This document shows, piece by piece, positions 1 through 12,300 of a DNA stretch of 46,713 nucleotides (the stretch's first letter is position 1; every line of letters begins with the position of its first letter). Both the position numbers and the translations under genes were made by a program. The notes below the pieces were generated by a model. It had not been told where the DNA came from. It worked only from the letters and a program-made list of their open reading frames with translations, and ran no database searches. Source of the DNA: Chara braunii (Eukaryota; Plantae; Charophyceae); assembly GCA_003427395.1 (NCBI GenBank), contig BFEA01000014.1, forward strand, positions 1,296,255-1,342,967, written 5' to 3'.

Positions 1-1073
1 CCCCCCCCCCCAATACACACGCACACAGTATGGCACGTGCATATCAATATGCACGCTGTAGAATCTTCTGTCGCTCGCCCTCTCTCACTGTCTTGCTGTC
101 TCTCGCTCTCTTGCTCTCTCTCTTTCTCAATCTTGAATTCATCTGTCAGTACAAGCATTGTTTGATGTCAGAGGAGCAGTACTCAGATGGGTTTCTTGTC
201 ATCTATTGAGCAGTTGTTGAAGTAGTTGTGTCATTTTGTATTTGGAATACCATGTCTATTTGTGTGCAAGGAGCTTCTCAGAATTGCGCGGAATTGTTTT
301 TATTAACTTTTTAAACTCAAGCAGGTGTTGTTCAGAAGGTTGGAAGTTCAAATCCTGTTGGAATTGTCCATGTTCCTGGCAAACATATTCAAAATTGCTG
401 TGAGTCTTTTACCGGGAACATGGACAAATCCTCTGTTCATGATGTCTATTTTGTGGAAGGAGTTTCTCAGGGGGGGGGGGGGGGGGGCGTCCTTTTTTTT
501 TTTTTTTCCTCAAAACAATTTCTGTTTTGGGGCTTTGGTTGGCCAAACATTCTCCAAGTATCGAATTTGGATTGTGTTTTTATTTTTTTTTCTCCCTTTT
601 TTTCCACTTTTCATCTCACTCCCTCGCGGGACCCCTCCCTTCCACCTCTGCATGTTCCCTGACGCGTTTTGTAAAGTATAGCCCAATCGCTGGGATTTGC
701 GCCTCTTCAGAATTGTCAATGGATTGGATGTGTGACTTTGTGAAGTCGTGTAGGGAGTGCTAAGAGAAGAGAGCTTGGATGCCAAGAACGGTTGGTGTGC
801 ATGTGGAAAGAAAGAAAGAAAAAAAAAAGAAAGCAAGAATAGGAAGAAAAAAAAGAAAGACAAAAAAGAAAGAAGAAGAAGAAAAAAAATGCAAGAAAAG
901 AAAGAAAAGAAAGAAGGAAAAAAAGAAGTGCACAGAATCACAGTTATACGGAAAACAGGCGGAAGTAAATGGGGAGCGGAGCCCGATGTCATTGTCTTCC
1001 ACCTGAACAAAACATGCACTGTATAGGCATTATCCGCGCCACCTGATCTATATTGAGAGTTGCCCCAAGTACA

Positions 1074-1159
1074 GCTTTAATAACTGTACGTCCTATTCAG
1101 CGGAAGACGGTCCGTTTGAGCACCGTCTTGCGCTGAATAGGACGTACAGTTATTATAGC
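1074..1159. repeat. 38-bp inverted repeat with 10-nt loop; arms are outward-facing ends of the CCGTCTT MITE family
   Basis: 1074-1111 vs 1122-1159 pair with 2 mismatches. The arm accgtctt..gaatag.acg...gt.attatagc resembles the TIRs at 41748 and 36890. Confidence 0.8.
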
Positions 1160-1423
1160 AGCAGTCAGATGACCACTAATGCCGAAGTCCCCTTCTCTGT
1201 TGCTGCAGCCATAGCACCTTTCATCGATCGGCATGGACGTAATATTCTGTACAGCGGAGCCCTTGAGGCTCTCTGTGCACTGTTCCTGGACTGTTTGTCA
1301 TTGTCCCTGGCAGTGCGTCTAGACTGACCGTTGCCCAAAGTACAGCTCCGGCTTTCTTATGCTTTGTACACAATGGACAATGAATGGCCCCAACCGTCTT
1401 TTTTTTTTTTTTTTTTTTTTTTT

Positions 1424-2331
1424 NNNNNNNNNNNNNNNNNNNNNNNNNNNNNNNNNNNNNNNNNNNNNNNNNNNNNNNNNNNNNNNNNNNNNNNNNNNNN
1501 NNNNNNNNNNNNNNNNNNNNNNNNNNNNNNNNNNNNNNNNNNNNNNNNNNNNNNNNNNNNNNNNNNNNNNNNNNNNNNNNNNNNNNNNNNNNNNNNNNNN
1601 NNNNNNNNNNNNNNNNNNNNNNNNNNNNNNNNNNNNNNNNNNNNNNNNNNNNNNNNNNNNNNNNNNNNNNNNNNNNNNNNNNNNNNNNNNNNNNNNNNNN
1701 NNNNNNNNNNNNNNNNNNNNNNNNNNNNNNNNNNNNNNNNNNNNNNNNNNNNNNNNNNNNNNNNNNNNNNNNNNNNNNNNNNNNNNNNNNNNNNNNNNNN
1801 NNNNNNNNNNNNNNNNNNNNNNNNNNNNNNNNNNNNNNNNNNNNNNNNNNNNNNNNNNNNNNNNNNNNNNNNNNNNNNNNNNNNNNNNNNNNNNNNNNNN
1901 NNNNNNNNNNNNNNNNNNNNNNNNNNNNNNNNNNNNNNNNNNNNNNNNNNNNNNNNNNNNNNNNNNNNNNNNNNNNNNNNNNNNNNNNNNNNNNNNNNNN
2001 NNNNNNNNNNNNNNNNNNNNNNNNNNNNNNNNNNNNNNNNNNNNNNNNNNNNNNNNNNNNNNNNNNNNNNNNNNNNNNNNNNNNNNNNNNNNNNNNNNNN
2101 NNNNNNNNNNNNNNNNNNNNNNNNNNNNNNNNNNNNNNNNNNNNNNNNNNNNNNNNNNNNNNNNNNNNNNNNNNNNNNNNNNNNNNNNNNNNNNNNNNNN
2201 NNNNNNNNNNNNNNNNNNNNNNNNNNNNNNNNNNNNNNNNNNNNNNNNNNNNNNNNNNNNNNNNNNNNNNNNNNNNNNNNNNNNNNNNNNNNNNNNNNNN
2301 NNNNNNNNNNNNNNNNNNNNNNNNNNNNNNN
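1424..2331. other. Assembly gap (N run)
   Basis: Run of N; ORFs spanning it are artefacts. Confidence 0.99.
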
Positions 2332-2889
2332 NCCCCCAAAACTCACTTGTCCCCATGGCAACGCATACCCAATAAAGCTGTCACAAATTACAATCATTAT
2401 TAATTATTAATTATTAATGATAATTAAACGACTGCTCCAAGACACCACACTAATTCTCGTGGACTGGCATAAATCCCATAATAAAGACCACAAAAAAAGA
2501 AAATGAAGATAAACCAGATAAACTGAAAGACCCAAACAGTGGCAAACACAGAAAATTAAAGTATAATAAAATGATGGTCTACTTAAATAGGTAATCGAAT
2601 GCAAGCTTTTGTGGGTAGTCCAGTCCCCAGAAGCTGACTTGCTTTGTCCAGATTAAAAGATACGAGTTCTTTCAACAGCCTTTATCTTTAGCTCTCGGGG
2701 AAACATAACGAGAGCACCATCATGGAAATGACCCAGAACCTGCAATCCTGGTATCTCCTCAATAGTTTCTACGAGAACACTAGATATCCAGTGTCATATC
2801 GACTGTCTTTTCTTATCGTTATTCCAATGATCCAATCCCACCAAAGACCAACAAATTGGAACGACAGTCCTTTTGCATTATTGCATACG

Positions 2890-3497
2890 CCCGAACGTAA
2901 TGGTTGCCACACAGCAACAAATTGGCACCGCAAAAGCCCCGACCACGCTCGGTGTGCCACACAGCAACCAAGTAAAGCTGTAATGGTTGCTGTGTGGCAC
3001 ACCGAACGTGTTCGAGGCTTTTGCAAACACCCGAACGCGTTCGGGTGTTTGGCCGAATGCCTCTCGAACGTGTTCGGTCAAACAAGGCGTTCGGCAAAAC
3101 ATATTTTGTTTAGTGGTTTGTTTATCAATTTTTTTCAATTTTGTTTTAGGTTTTTGATTTGTAACTCGCGTTTTGCTAAGAATTTGAGCATGCTGATGCT
3201 GCCAGGATAACACCGGGTTGAATTGTGAGGTCCCCGGCCTCGGTTTGAACTGTTCTAATTGAAGGGATTAAATCATTAACACCCCCCCCCCCCCCAAAAA
3301 AAAAAAAAAAAGAATTTGAACATGCCTCCCAGGCAAAAGTTGTTTGTTTTTTTTTTTTACATAACGTTTTTTTTTTTTTTTTTTTTTTTTTCGTTTTTTT
3401 TTTAATATTTGTTTATGTTCGCGTTTGGAGGGTTTTGGCGCTCGTTCGCATTCGGTCGCGAACGTCTGGGTTCGGTCACCGAACACGAACACGATGC
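2890..3497. mobile_element. Probable non-autonomous DNA transposon remnant rich in CCGAAC/GTTCGG subterminal-type motifs and palindromes
   Basis: 41-bp inverted repeat (2930-2970/2984-3024) and 28-bp perfect palindrome (3024-3051). Internal motif aagaatttga..aggcaaaagttgtt..cataac is shared with 5300-5360 and with the hAT-like MITE at 38798-38857. Termini not identified. Confidence 0.5.
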
Positions 3498-3507
3498 TGC
3501 GCAGATT

Positions 3508-3509
3508 GG

Positions 3510-3550
<41 letters not shown>
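3508..3550. repeat. (GTT)n microsatellite
   Basis: Direct reading. Confidence 0.95.
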
Positions 3551-3551
<1 letters not shown>

Positions 3552-4342
3552 CCCAGTAATGGATTTATTGCAAGGAATATGAGCGAGAGCGATAGACAAA
3601 TCCGAGTCGCAAAATCATATGAAGTAGTCCAGATAGTCATGTGCCAAGCAGAGAGCATAATGCACCAAGATATCATCCAAATAAGAGCAATACAATGAAC
3701 TCGAGTGCCAATGCCGATGCTCCCTAGTCACACCAAATGTATCCAATGTCGCTTCTACTGTCTGGCGCCCAGCGCCCAGCCTACACTACGTATACTACAG
3801 TTCTATTCTATAGTTGTCTGTTAGGTGTTAGCGGTCTGTTGCCATAACTAGTCAAAAATAAAAACAAATCAAGTGCTCAGATGTATGCAGAAATGAGAAT
3901 AATTGTGTGTATGGATGAGCACCAATTGGAACCTTCCCTTTCCTTGTATTCAACAATTCTGTTTTGCATCATCAAGCAGCGGTGTCTAAGGCGCGCATAT
4001 CGGCCCACCCCTGTGCCCAGGGATATATGCTTATGGCCAGTACTGCTCCTTTGTTTATCCTGGCGTGCAACGAGCCTTACGTCCGATGATCTGGCTGGCA
4101 ATTTAAGGACAGCCCCTGAAGTCCTCAGGAAGGTTCTTTATAGATGGTGCTCATACAGATCACAGCCAGATATCAGATCCCGCCACGTTCGTCAAAATCA
4201 TGCCCACTTTCTTTCAAACTTTAAATAGAGCGCAAATGATGATGACAACAATCTAGACTCCATCAGGAGTCTCATAAACAAGCCAGTCATATCCATCAGT
4301 GTCGTCACATGCAGAAAGAAGGTTGACGATAAAGCAGAAGAG

Positions 4343-4771
4343 ATGAAGAGATGGGTGACGAAAACGTTTGGCAATCTGCTAAAGCTCCTCACGGAGAAGA
4401 TGGATAAAGTTGATAAGAAATCCAAGCTGGCGGAAGAGGAGGAGGAGTTGAAGTGTTTACGCATGGAGAAGGAGCTACAAGAGCTGAAAAAAGGTTCTAA
4501 TAGCGATAAGAGAAAATGTCCTCCATCCACTCCAACCACCTCTCCGAGAGTGGATAGGATCCAGGTAAAAGCGGTGGCCAAACCCCCAGCCAGGAGGGTC
4601 CTCATCTCCTCTTATGAAGAGGACGATGGAGATGGGGAACTCGTTCACGAAGGAAGGGGACATCTGATCAAGAAGTTTGACGACGCGAAAGGGAAAGGTG
4701 AGGAAAAAGTAAGCGGGAATATGACGGAGACCAAAGATGTCCTGAGACAACTGGTGCCAAGCCTGCGATGA
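4343..4771 (+). pseudogene. Charged coiled-coil ORF fragment, probably a retroelement N-terminal/ORF1 remnant
   Basis: 142-codon ORF with E/K-rich heptads and an S/P-rich KRK segment. Its end carries a 32-bp direct repeat (4734-4765/4857-4888). No recognised domain. Confidence 0.35.
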
Positions 4772-6667
4772 CTTCATTGCCGCTCAAGAACGAGTATGCA
4801 TCCACCTGTAACATAGGATTCGTGAAAACCTAACAAAACAAATTGTTAGAAGCCCGAAGATGTCCTGAGACAACTGGTGACAAGCCTGTTTGCACGAAAA
4901 TTTTCAAAGATTCTCATAGTACGTTTTTCAGGCCTCCTACATCAACAAAATTCTAGGTGAAGTTAAAGATCCGCAGAAAATGGAATAAAAAACTACTTTT
5001 TCAAAACCACTCGAAGTGGTGAGGAGAAAAGCAGGTTTTTTTTACAGAAAATCACTACCTCTCAAAACACTGTTTCTTCATGAACCAAAATATTTCATTT
5101 TTTTCTTCATCTAAAGAAATCATATTTATAGTTCTATAAGGTATGCAACGCAATGAACGTATTGGAGGGTTTCCCAAACACGCCATATGTTGTCCTTTTC
5201 ACGAATACGTTCGCTTGAATATGTTCTCTCATACATGGACGAATATAGTATTTTTTATTAAAATATTTTATCATTTCTTAATTTTAGATCGTGGTTGGTT
5301 AAGAATTTGAAGATGTTTCCGAGGCAAAAGTTGTTTGAATTTGTCTTTTACATAACATATATTTTTTTACAAGGGTTTTACAGTAGGCTCAAAAAATGAC
5401 TTATATGATTTATAGATCTATAAATTAGTTTTCACAGATTTTGGTTCTTACCAAGTACTGAAAATGACTTATAATTCTATAAATGAGTATTCACTAAAAC
5501 TGTTTTTTTTAATACATATTTCGAGTTTTTAAAGATTGTCTTGTTTACGCTCTGTTTTTTGTCAATCTACAAAGAACAATTTATAGTCCTATAACACGCA
5601 ATTCACTAAAACTGGTTTTCATGCATATTTTAAGAGTTGCTAGACTTTTTGCCCCTTTTTTTGCATCCTTTCTCGGGATAGAGTTAAAAATATTATTTTT
5701 TATGTGTCAAAAGTAACAGTTTGATGTTGTACTTTTTCATTCTATAAGAAATGTTAGGTTTTGTCGTTTTGTCAGGTTTTCATGAATTCGGTGTTCTGTT
5801 CCAAGTCGGATGGAACAGCAGACAATCAACCTCCCAAAACCCGTATGGTTAAGGATGGACTTCAATTTTCCATCTCCCTTCGACGAACCGACCTCCTCCA
5901 CCACATAGTTCGAAGAAAGAAAAGATAATTTAAGTCCAATCAAAAAATTGAGCGAAATTATCAGATCGTTTTTTGACGACGCCGTGAAAAGGATACGCTT
6001 CCATTGGTCACAGCTCAAACCAATCCATACCCACTATACCCTGTCTCTGTCTCATGCTGCCTCCACCGAAGAAAATCCCTCGGCCCCAACATAGAACAGA
6101 TCCCCTCCCCTCCCTCCACCACATCCGCAACAGGCAACCAATCCCCTCCTAGAGGCTGCCTTTGCCCGCCCCTTGTCCCTGTCTGCCCCCGCTGGGGTTG
6201 AAGGCGACCAACTCTCCAACCCCAGGCCCAGACTCAGACAATCCCCAATCTGCCCTACTCCCAATAGGGTTGCTGCCTCCCACCATGCAACTCCCTTGTA
6301 GAATAAGGCTCCCCTATGACAGACCCCAGGGTTAATTTTCGGGGACAGCTAACTAGTAATTTATACCCACAACTGGCCAGCCCTATCTCTCCTTCCCCTA
6401 GCTTGCCCACGGCCAGGCGAAGCCCAAGCTGACAGTCCTACCGTCCTTCCCCTGGCTTGTCCCCTAACTTAGTCCAAGCGGATCTCAGACCTGCTGTGGG
6501 TAACTACCGTATACCTGTACCCTGGAGTCTCAAAAACCCCTGCCCACCAAAGTTCCAGCCATAACCTCCGAAGTCCTATCCCCGCTAAAGCGTCTGCTAA
6601 ATTCAATGTTCGAAAAACAATCCCAACATGAAAANGTTGTGTCTGAAATNACTACTACAAATAGTCG

Positions 6668-6775
6668 TAATCAGGAAGTAAGTAATCAAGAAGTAGGTGA
6701 TCGGAATATAGGTAATCAAGATATAGGTAATCCAGATGTAGGTAATCAAGATATAACTAATCAGGATGTCAATAT
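6668..6775 (+). repeat. 15-bp tandem repeat (GGTAATCAAGATRTA; GNQDV/I pentapeptide) leading into a decayed Asp-rich low-complexity tract to ~7430
   Basis: About 7 diverged units. The following GAT-rich sequence has stops in all frames. Confidence 0.7.
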
Positions 6776-8048
6776 TAATGACTATTGGATACTTGGGTAG
6801 CCGAAAACGGTACCCTGAGACTAAAAAGTTTTCGGATAATATTAGTATTGATGATGGTAGTGATGATGATGGAAGTGTTATGGATGACTATTTGAGTGAA
6901 GTCGCAGCCTAGAGATAGTAGTGGCGATCAACTTCGCCTACAGATGAATAACAACTAATGAAAAAATTTTGTAATGAGGGTGAGCATGCTAATGAAGCTG
7001 CCAAAAAAAAATAGTAATTGCTAACCTAATTGATCGTATTACAACAGATGATGGCTATGAGGATAATAGCGCTGATGATCGTGATACTACAGCTGATGAT
7101 CATGATACTACAGATGGTGACAATCGCTATAGTAACTAAATACCCATAGAGATGTAATGACGATGAGGATGTTAATTAATTTTCCATTATATTGATGACG
7201 ATCGCCTTACCGCAAGTGGTGATGACTGATAATCTTGATGACAACTTGCTGATAGTGTTGACGAACTCGAGGTTGATGACGGACCACGCTCCATGCTGTG
7301 ATAAACCGACACCCTGATAAATGATGATGGCGATGACGAGCAGCCCCGATGATGATGAGGCTTTAAGTCCAACCGATCCCTGATGCTAATGAACGAGGAC
7401 ACTGGTGATGACGGGTAGCTACTTCTCTCGCACTTTGGGTCACCCAAGGCTCACTCCGCTGAACTCCACACGCATCCCCAGAAACGACACCTCACAGGCT
7501 CCATGCCACGAGCAAAAACGCAGCAGCAATGGAGTATGAACGCGGAACTCCCAGAAAGCCCCCGGGAGTCAGTCTATTCTCCCTATCAACCTGTGATACG
7601 GTATAGACAAGCACCTTCGCTCCCCGCGTGTGCGCAAAGCGCCTAATAAGCAGATGCTGTAAGCTCGACACCCAGCCCAACAACTCCTCCTCACCTCACC
7701 AGCGCCTCTGTCACGCCATTGCCATGCAACACTTCGTCCGTATGAACGCGCCAGAGCAAAACCGGTTCGAGTCAGGCACCCTCCCGCTTCGCCGCTTCAC
7801 TCCGCCGCCGCGGTCGGTGCGGTTGCGCAGCGCTCCCGGTAGCGCTGCGCCCCAGGAGCCGCCACCAAACTCAAAAAGTGAAAAATATATCTTTGGGGTG
7901 AAAAAAACACTGGATGGTCTAGTCCTTTCGTCGGCAGACAAGAACAATGGTGAGATGATCATTGAATGTCCAACTAGATACATGACATGCATGGACACTA
8001 TGTTCAATAGAAACTTCAACTATAGTAAATTGGATTCTTGGAGGAATC

Positions 8049-8141
8049 TTTTTTTTTTTTTTTTTCCCCTCATAGCCTCCCCAGAGGGGTCCTAAGACCC
8101 CCTGGGGTACTGGTGGTGATGGTCTTTTTGAGGCCGGGGTG
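8049..8141 (-). mobile_element. Short poly(A)-tailed retro-insertion inside the PLE RT
   Basis: Poly-T tract plus a strong hairpin (ccccagaggggtcc..gaccccctgggg). Removing it restores LEESEILRKMRKDY; possible 2-bp TSD (tc). Confidence 0.7.
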
Positions 8142-9099
8142 TCGGAGATATTGAGGAAGATGAGGAAAGACTACAAAGAAAAGGACTTTAATTGGATTGC
8201 TAGCTGGGATCGTAAAGGGAAACTATAGACAACCTATGTTATAGCGAAAGACAAGGATATGGAGAGGCGCAGACGTATTGTACCCACGTTCGCTAACCCA
8301 ACAGATCTTTGTTTGGCTATCTTAATAAATCATTGCATTTTCTGATGAAGAACTTGAAGGAACACAATTTCAATTCACCAACCACCACACGGATTGAGAA
8401 ACTTCACGAAAAAACACACAAAGGACTTTGGGATCGACAGACGAATCATGATGACAACCTATGACATGAAAACAATGTTCACTAAACTGCCACACGGGGA
8501 AGTTAAGACCGCTATTTTTTGGTTGACTGATTCCTTCCACAAACGGGGTATACGATGGGTTGAAGTCGAAACTAGGGGAAAGACGACTACTTTCGGAAAG
8601 TCATATGGGGAAGAAGGTTGACACTCTATTCGTATTTTGCAACTCCTTCCAATGGTCGTTTTTTTGTTGGACTAACAGTTTTTTCGAGCTAAGGGGGAGA
8701 TCCTAAGATAGGTAATGGGGATTCCGATGGGTGGAAAACCAAGTCTCGCCCTCGCCTGTATTTATGTATATACTATGAGTCCCGATTGCTGTGATCGCTT
8801 GGCCAGAAGACTGGATTTATTAAAGGCGACCGCTTTATGGACGACCCCGTGCTTTCCACACGGTACAAGAGCCTAGCCTCAGACGAAGAAAAGAAAGCCA
8901 ATGACAGGCTTGATAAAATCCAAGGTTGCGATCATGAAGACCTCAGCCTGGAGAGAATAGACACTGTCAGCGGAATCGTATTGTTCCTCGACACTAACTT
9001 GATCGTCGTCGATTTCCCTGCTTGGGTGCACATGACCCATAAGTTCAAGAATATGAACTCGATTTGGGAAGGGGGTGAAAGACACTTTAAGACAATCAA

Positions 9100-9191
9100 G
9101 ACGCTGGGCCCGGTTCCTAGCACGTGCGGCACCCCACAAATAGATTGGAGCCTTGTCCCCCTCCTCCCCCCCCCCAAAAAAAAAAAAAAAA
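9100..9191 (+). mobile_element. Extremely 5'-truncated LINE 3' end (structured tail + poly(A)) inside the PLE RT
   Basis: gacgctgggcccggttcctagcacgtgcggcaccccacaaatagattggagcc is homologous to the LINE B/D/E 3' ends; poly(A) at 9176-9191. Confidence 0.8.
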
Positions 9192-9358
9192 GGAACGACA
9201 ACTCATTCGGGGATAAGAGACAAAAGTGGGCAGCCATTGTTAGTGTTATCTGGGGCACTAAGCAGAACACCAATACAAGGTGGGCTGTCTGGCTTGGTCT
9301 GATCACACTAAGTAGAGAAGTCAGAGGGTTCGGATACCCTACTGAGGTGTTTGTTTCC

Positions 9359-12300
9359 CAGGGTCATCAGGGATACGATCTATGCACAGAAAGCGGTGCA
9401 TTTTCGATTCCAACCCACACAGATGGGGCTGATAATTAACGACAAGATCAAATGGATCACAGACAAGCTCGCCTCGATTAAACCTGACAGTCAACTGGTC
9501 CATGACCACATTTTCTGATATCCACCCGGACTGCATCACCGTGGTTGCCATGTACTCCACTGATAAGCACCTCCTCCTCAGAAACAAGGCTTTACTATTC
9601 AAAGGAAAATCGGTGCAGGTGGTACCGTGGTCCCCGACCAACCCACAATCCAGTGACGAGCAAAGGAATATCTGATGAAATCCAATTTTTGGGTGGATTT
9701 CAGGTTCGTGCCTCTCAGTGTGCAGGGGGCGATTCTTACAAATCCGGAGAACATCGACCACATCAAGGGCTATATCACATACTTGTCACAATTTTTGGGT
9801 AAGCGGGATGACTCTCTATTGGTGGCAGTGGAGTGGGATGAGACATACACATTCCCCCTTAATGAAGAATGAAGATATTCCCACGGGGGTAGAGAATTCT
9901 CCGTTCCAGCCACACGCAAGGTCCGTGGTGCTATGCTTGCAAAAGAAGAAGTCACCTATGCTCGGATGAGCTTTGCCCGTCCAACAAGAATAAAACGATA
10001 AAGGGTCTTGTGGTCCCTCAGCCCACGGACGAAGAGAGGTGGTATCCGGAAGAGAAGGAGCCCCAAGGTTGGACTTTCAGAGCATATGCAAATGGACGCC
10101 CCGGGAAATGGACGTGGCAAGGGAAGTGTCAGCCGTCGGCCTATCCGTCAGGGGCCGAGATTACATCACATAATGACCCCAAGCAAAAAAGTAAACCCAA
10201 ACAGTCTTCGATGTTGGGGGGCAGCCAAAGGAAAGGAGGAGCAATGCCCACACAAACACTGCCAACAAGGGAAACAACAACAAAACTGGTAAGGGCAAGG
10301 GGAGTAAGTCACACCAGGTGGCGTCCTCTCCACCCCCCACTCCCGTTCGAACCTCGGCCCCTGCACCGCAGCCTCCCCCCAGTCGAAAGAACTTGCCGCC
10401 TCCCATCGAGATGTACAAGCCCAAATCCAAAGCGGAGGTTGTGCCCCCCCCCCTTGCACCACCAGATCGTTCCAGACAACGACACCACAACCGGTACATT
10501 GGAGGACGGCCTGGAACCACCAGGGAACGACCGTCCACCCTCCACAGAGCCATTGGACCGCCGAACCAGGGGAGATGATGAAGCACCACGGCTCAACACA
10601 GGGAAATGCCCCCAACACCCACTCGGCCAACGGACTTGTCTGGCTGAATCAAACAAAAGACTGACCCCGGAGGAGATGGTGGGGTTCACCAACCAACATT
10701 GGGGCAGGTCTAAGGACGCTGCCCCCTTAACCGACCTAGGCAGCAGGCTGATCCAACCTCGAAGGAGATGGTGTCGGTTCACCAACCAACATTGGGGCTG
10801 GTCTCAAGACACTGCCCCCTCAATCGACCTAGCCAGCAGGATGGTCCAATTGATCCAAGCAAATGCCTGGCCCAGTGGGCACGGGGCAGGACCATCAACC
10901 ATCATGGTCACAAATGATTGAGTCACCCCCACGGCACGAAGCTAAAGCTGAAAAACATCCGAGGGGACCTCTCGACAAGACTGTACCCATGATGTCCACA
11001 GAGCCACAGGCCCACCAGCCATTTGACCTGCTGCCCCGTTGAGACAACAAAGACAACAAGCAGCTGACCACCTGGCCTGTGGCATGGCCAATCCGACCCG
11101 GAGAGGCATCCTCTTCGGTTGCGGGGGGTGTAAGAGCGGGGAGAACAACGCAGGGAGTACCAAAATGTTGAACCCACACCAGATGTGGCAAAAAGCCAAC
11201 GCCCTCCTGGCCAAAATCAAGAATGCAGACTTCTCCCAACCACGGGATGTGCCGCTGCAGAAGCCACAACAAGCTGAGACTGCAGCCTCATACACACGGG
11301 ACAAAGGGGAGGCTACCTCAAACAGTGGTCTGTCAGGACAACCAGTCGCAACACCTGAGCTGCCCGGCCCACAACAACAACGCTCTGGGACCTTACAGCT
11401 GCAGCTGCCACAACCCCTCACTCGGAGCCTCCCAAATTCACAATAGCAGGACCTCCCTGAGGTCCCTTACGATCACCACCCTGCTGACTTCCGACTTCAT
11501 CTATCTCCGAGTCAGTCACAGTCACAACTGCAAATCTTGGGTCTAGATCAAGATGATGCTCAAACTTGAAATGTCTACGTGAGCAGTCGGGACACTGATC
11601 CCCAGACCCCGGGGTGTGGGGCAGATAGCACAAGGCTCAAGGAAGTCATTTATGAATTCACTGGGGAACGGAAGTTTATACTGCTCCCCCCTCCCCCGTG
11701 CGCCAAGATTTCACCTGGTCACAACACAGGACTGATAGAATGGGATGACCTCGAGCTGCCCCGCCAGATAAACGATGAACAGGGACATAGACGCAGCGCG
11801 GGCAACAACAGGAGCGGCATGGCCAACCTAAGGAGGGGTTAGAGGCAGACTAACAATTAGATGCAGAACACAGTGGCCACCTGCAATGGTCAATGGATCA
11901 CGACCTAAAAGGTGAGAACCACCAATGCTTGTCCCCAGATGAAAAAATGCTAGGATAGCAAGAGTGCAGCCAACCTCCCCTAGCCTTTGCGAATTCCCAA
12001 GACCTGGACCACTCCCGACAACAATGTCCGCCCTCCCAGCCCCACCTGCCGCAACAATAACAGATTCTGTTGTCGTAGCAAACACTCTTACAAGGGTATT
12101 TGCCGTCCTTTTAAAAGGTCACATTGGATGTGCCCTTGATCAATGTAACACGCTGATGGGATGGATCCCGTCAGGGTAATCACCTCGGCAACCCCCCTCC
12201 TGGTGAGACCCCGAGTCGATTACGACCGAATTAGAAAGTGTGAGGGGCACACATTATTGCGTTGCACGGTGAGATGACTGTTTAGTAACGACAATTCTAG

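Larger units (their letters stand above)
7870..9358 (+). pseudogene. Penelope-like element (PLE) reverse transcriptase, decayed and truncated
   Basis: PLE-type RT motifs in order across frameshifts: ADKN (7934), YVIAKDKD..RRIVP, YDMKTMFTKLPH (8460), GIPMG (8718), RFMDD (8831-8845), FLD (8983), thumb GYP (9332). Confidence 0.85.

Noticed and set aside
510-1026. K-rich and F-rich ORFs
   Set aside because: Translations of A/G-rich simple sequence.
1221-2410. Long ORFs of 338-372 aa
   Set aside because: They consist almost entirely of N-gap codons.
10010-10921. 303-aa ORF as a host gene
   Set aside because: It lies within LINE A ORF1 (frameshifted low-complexity linker, with a ~92-bp tandem repeat at 10671-10849).
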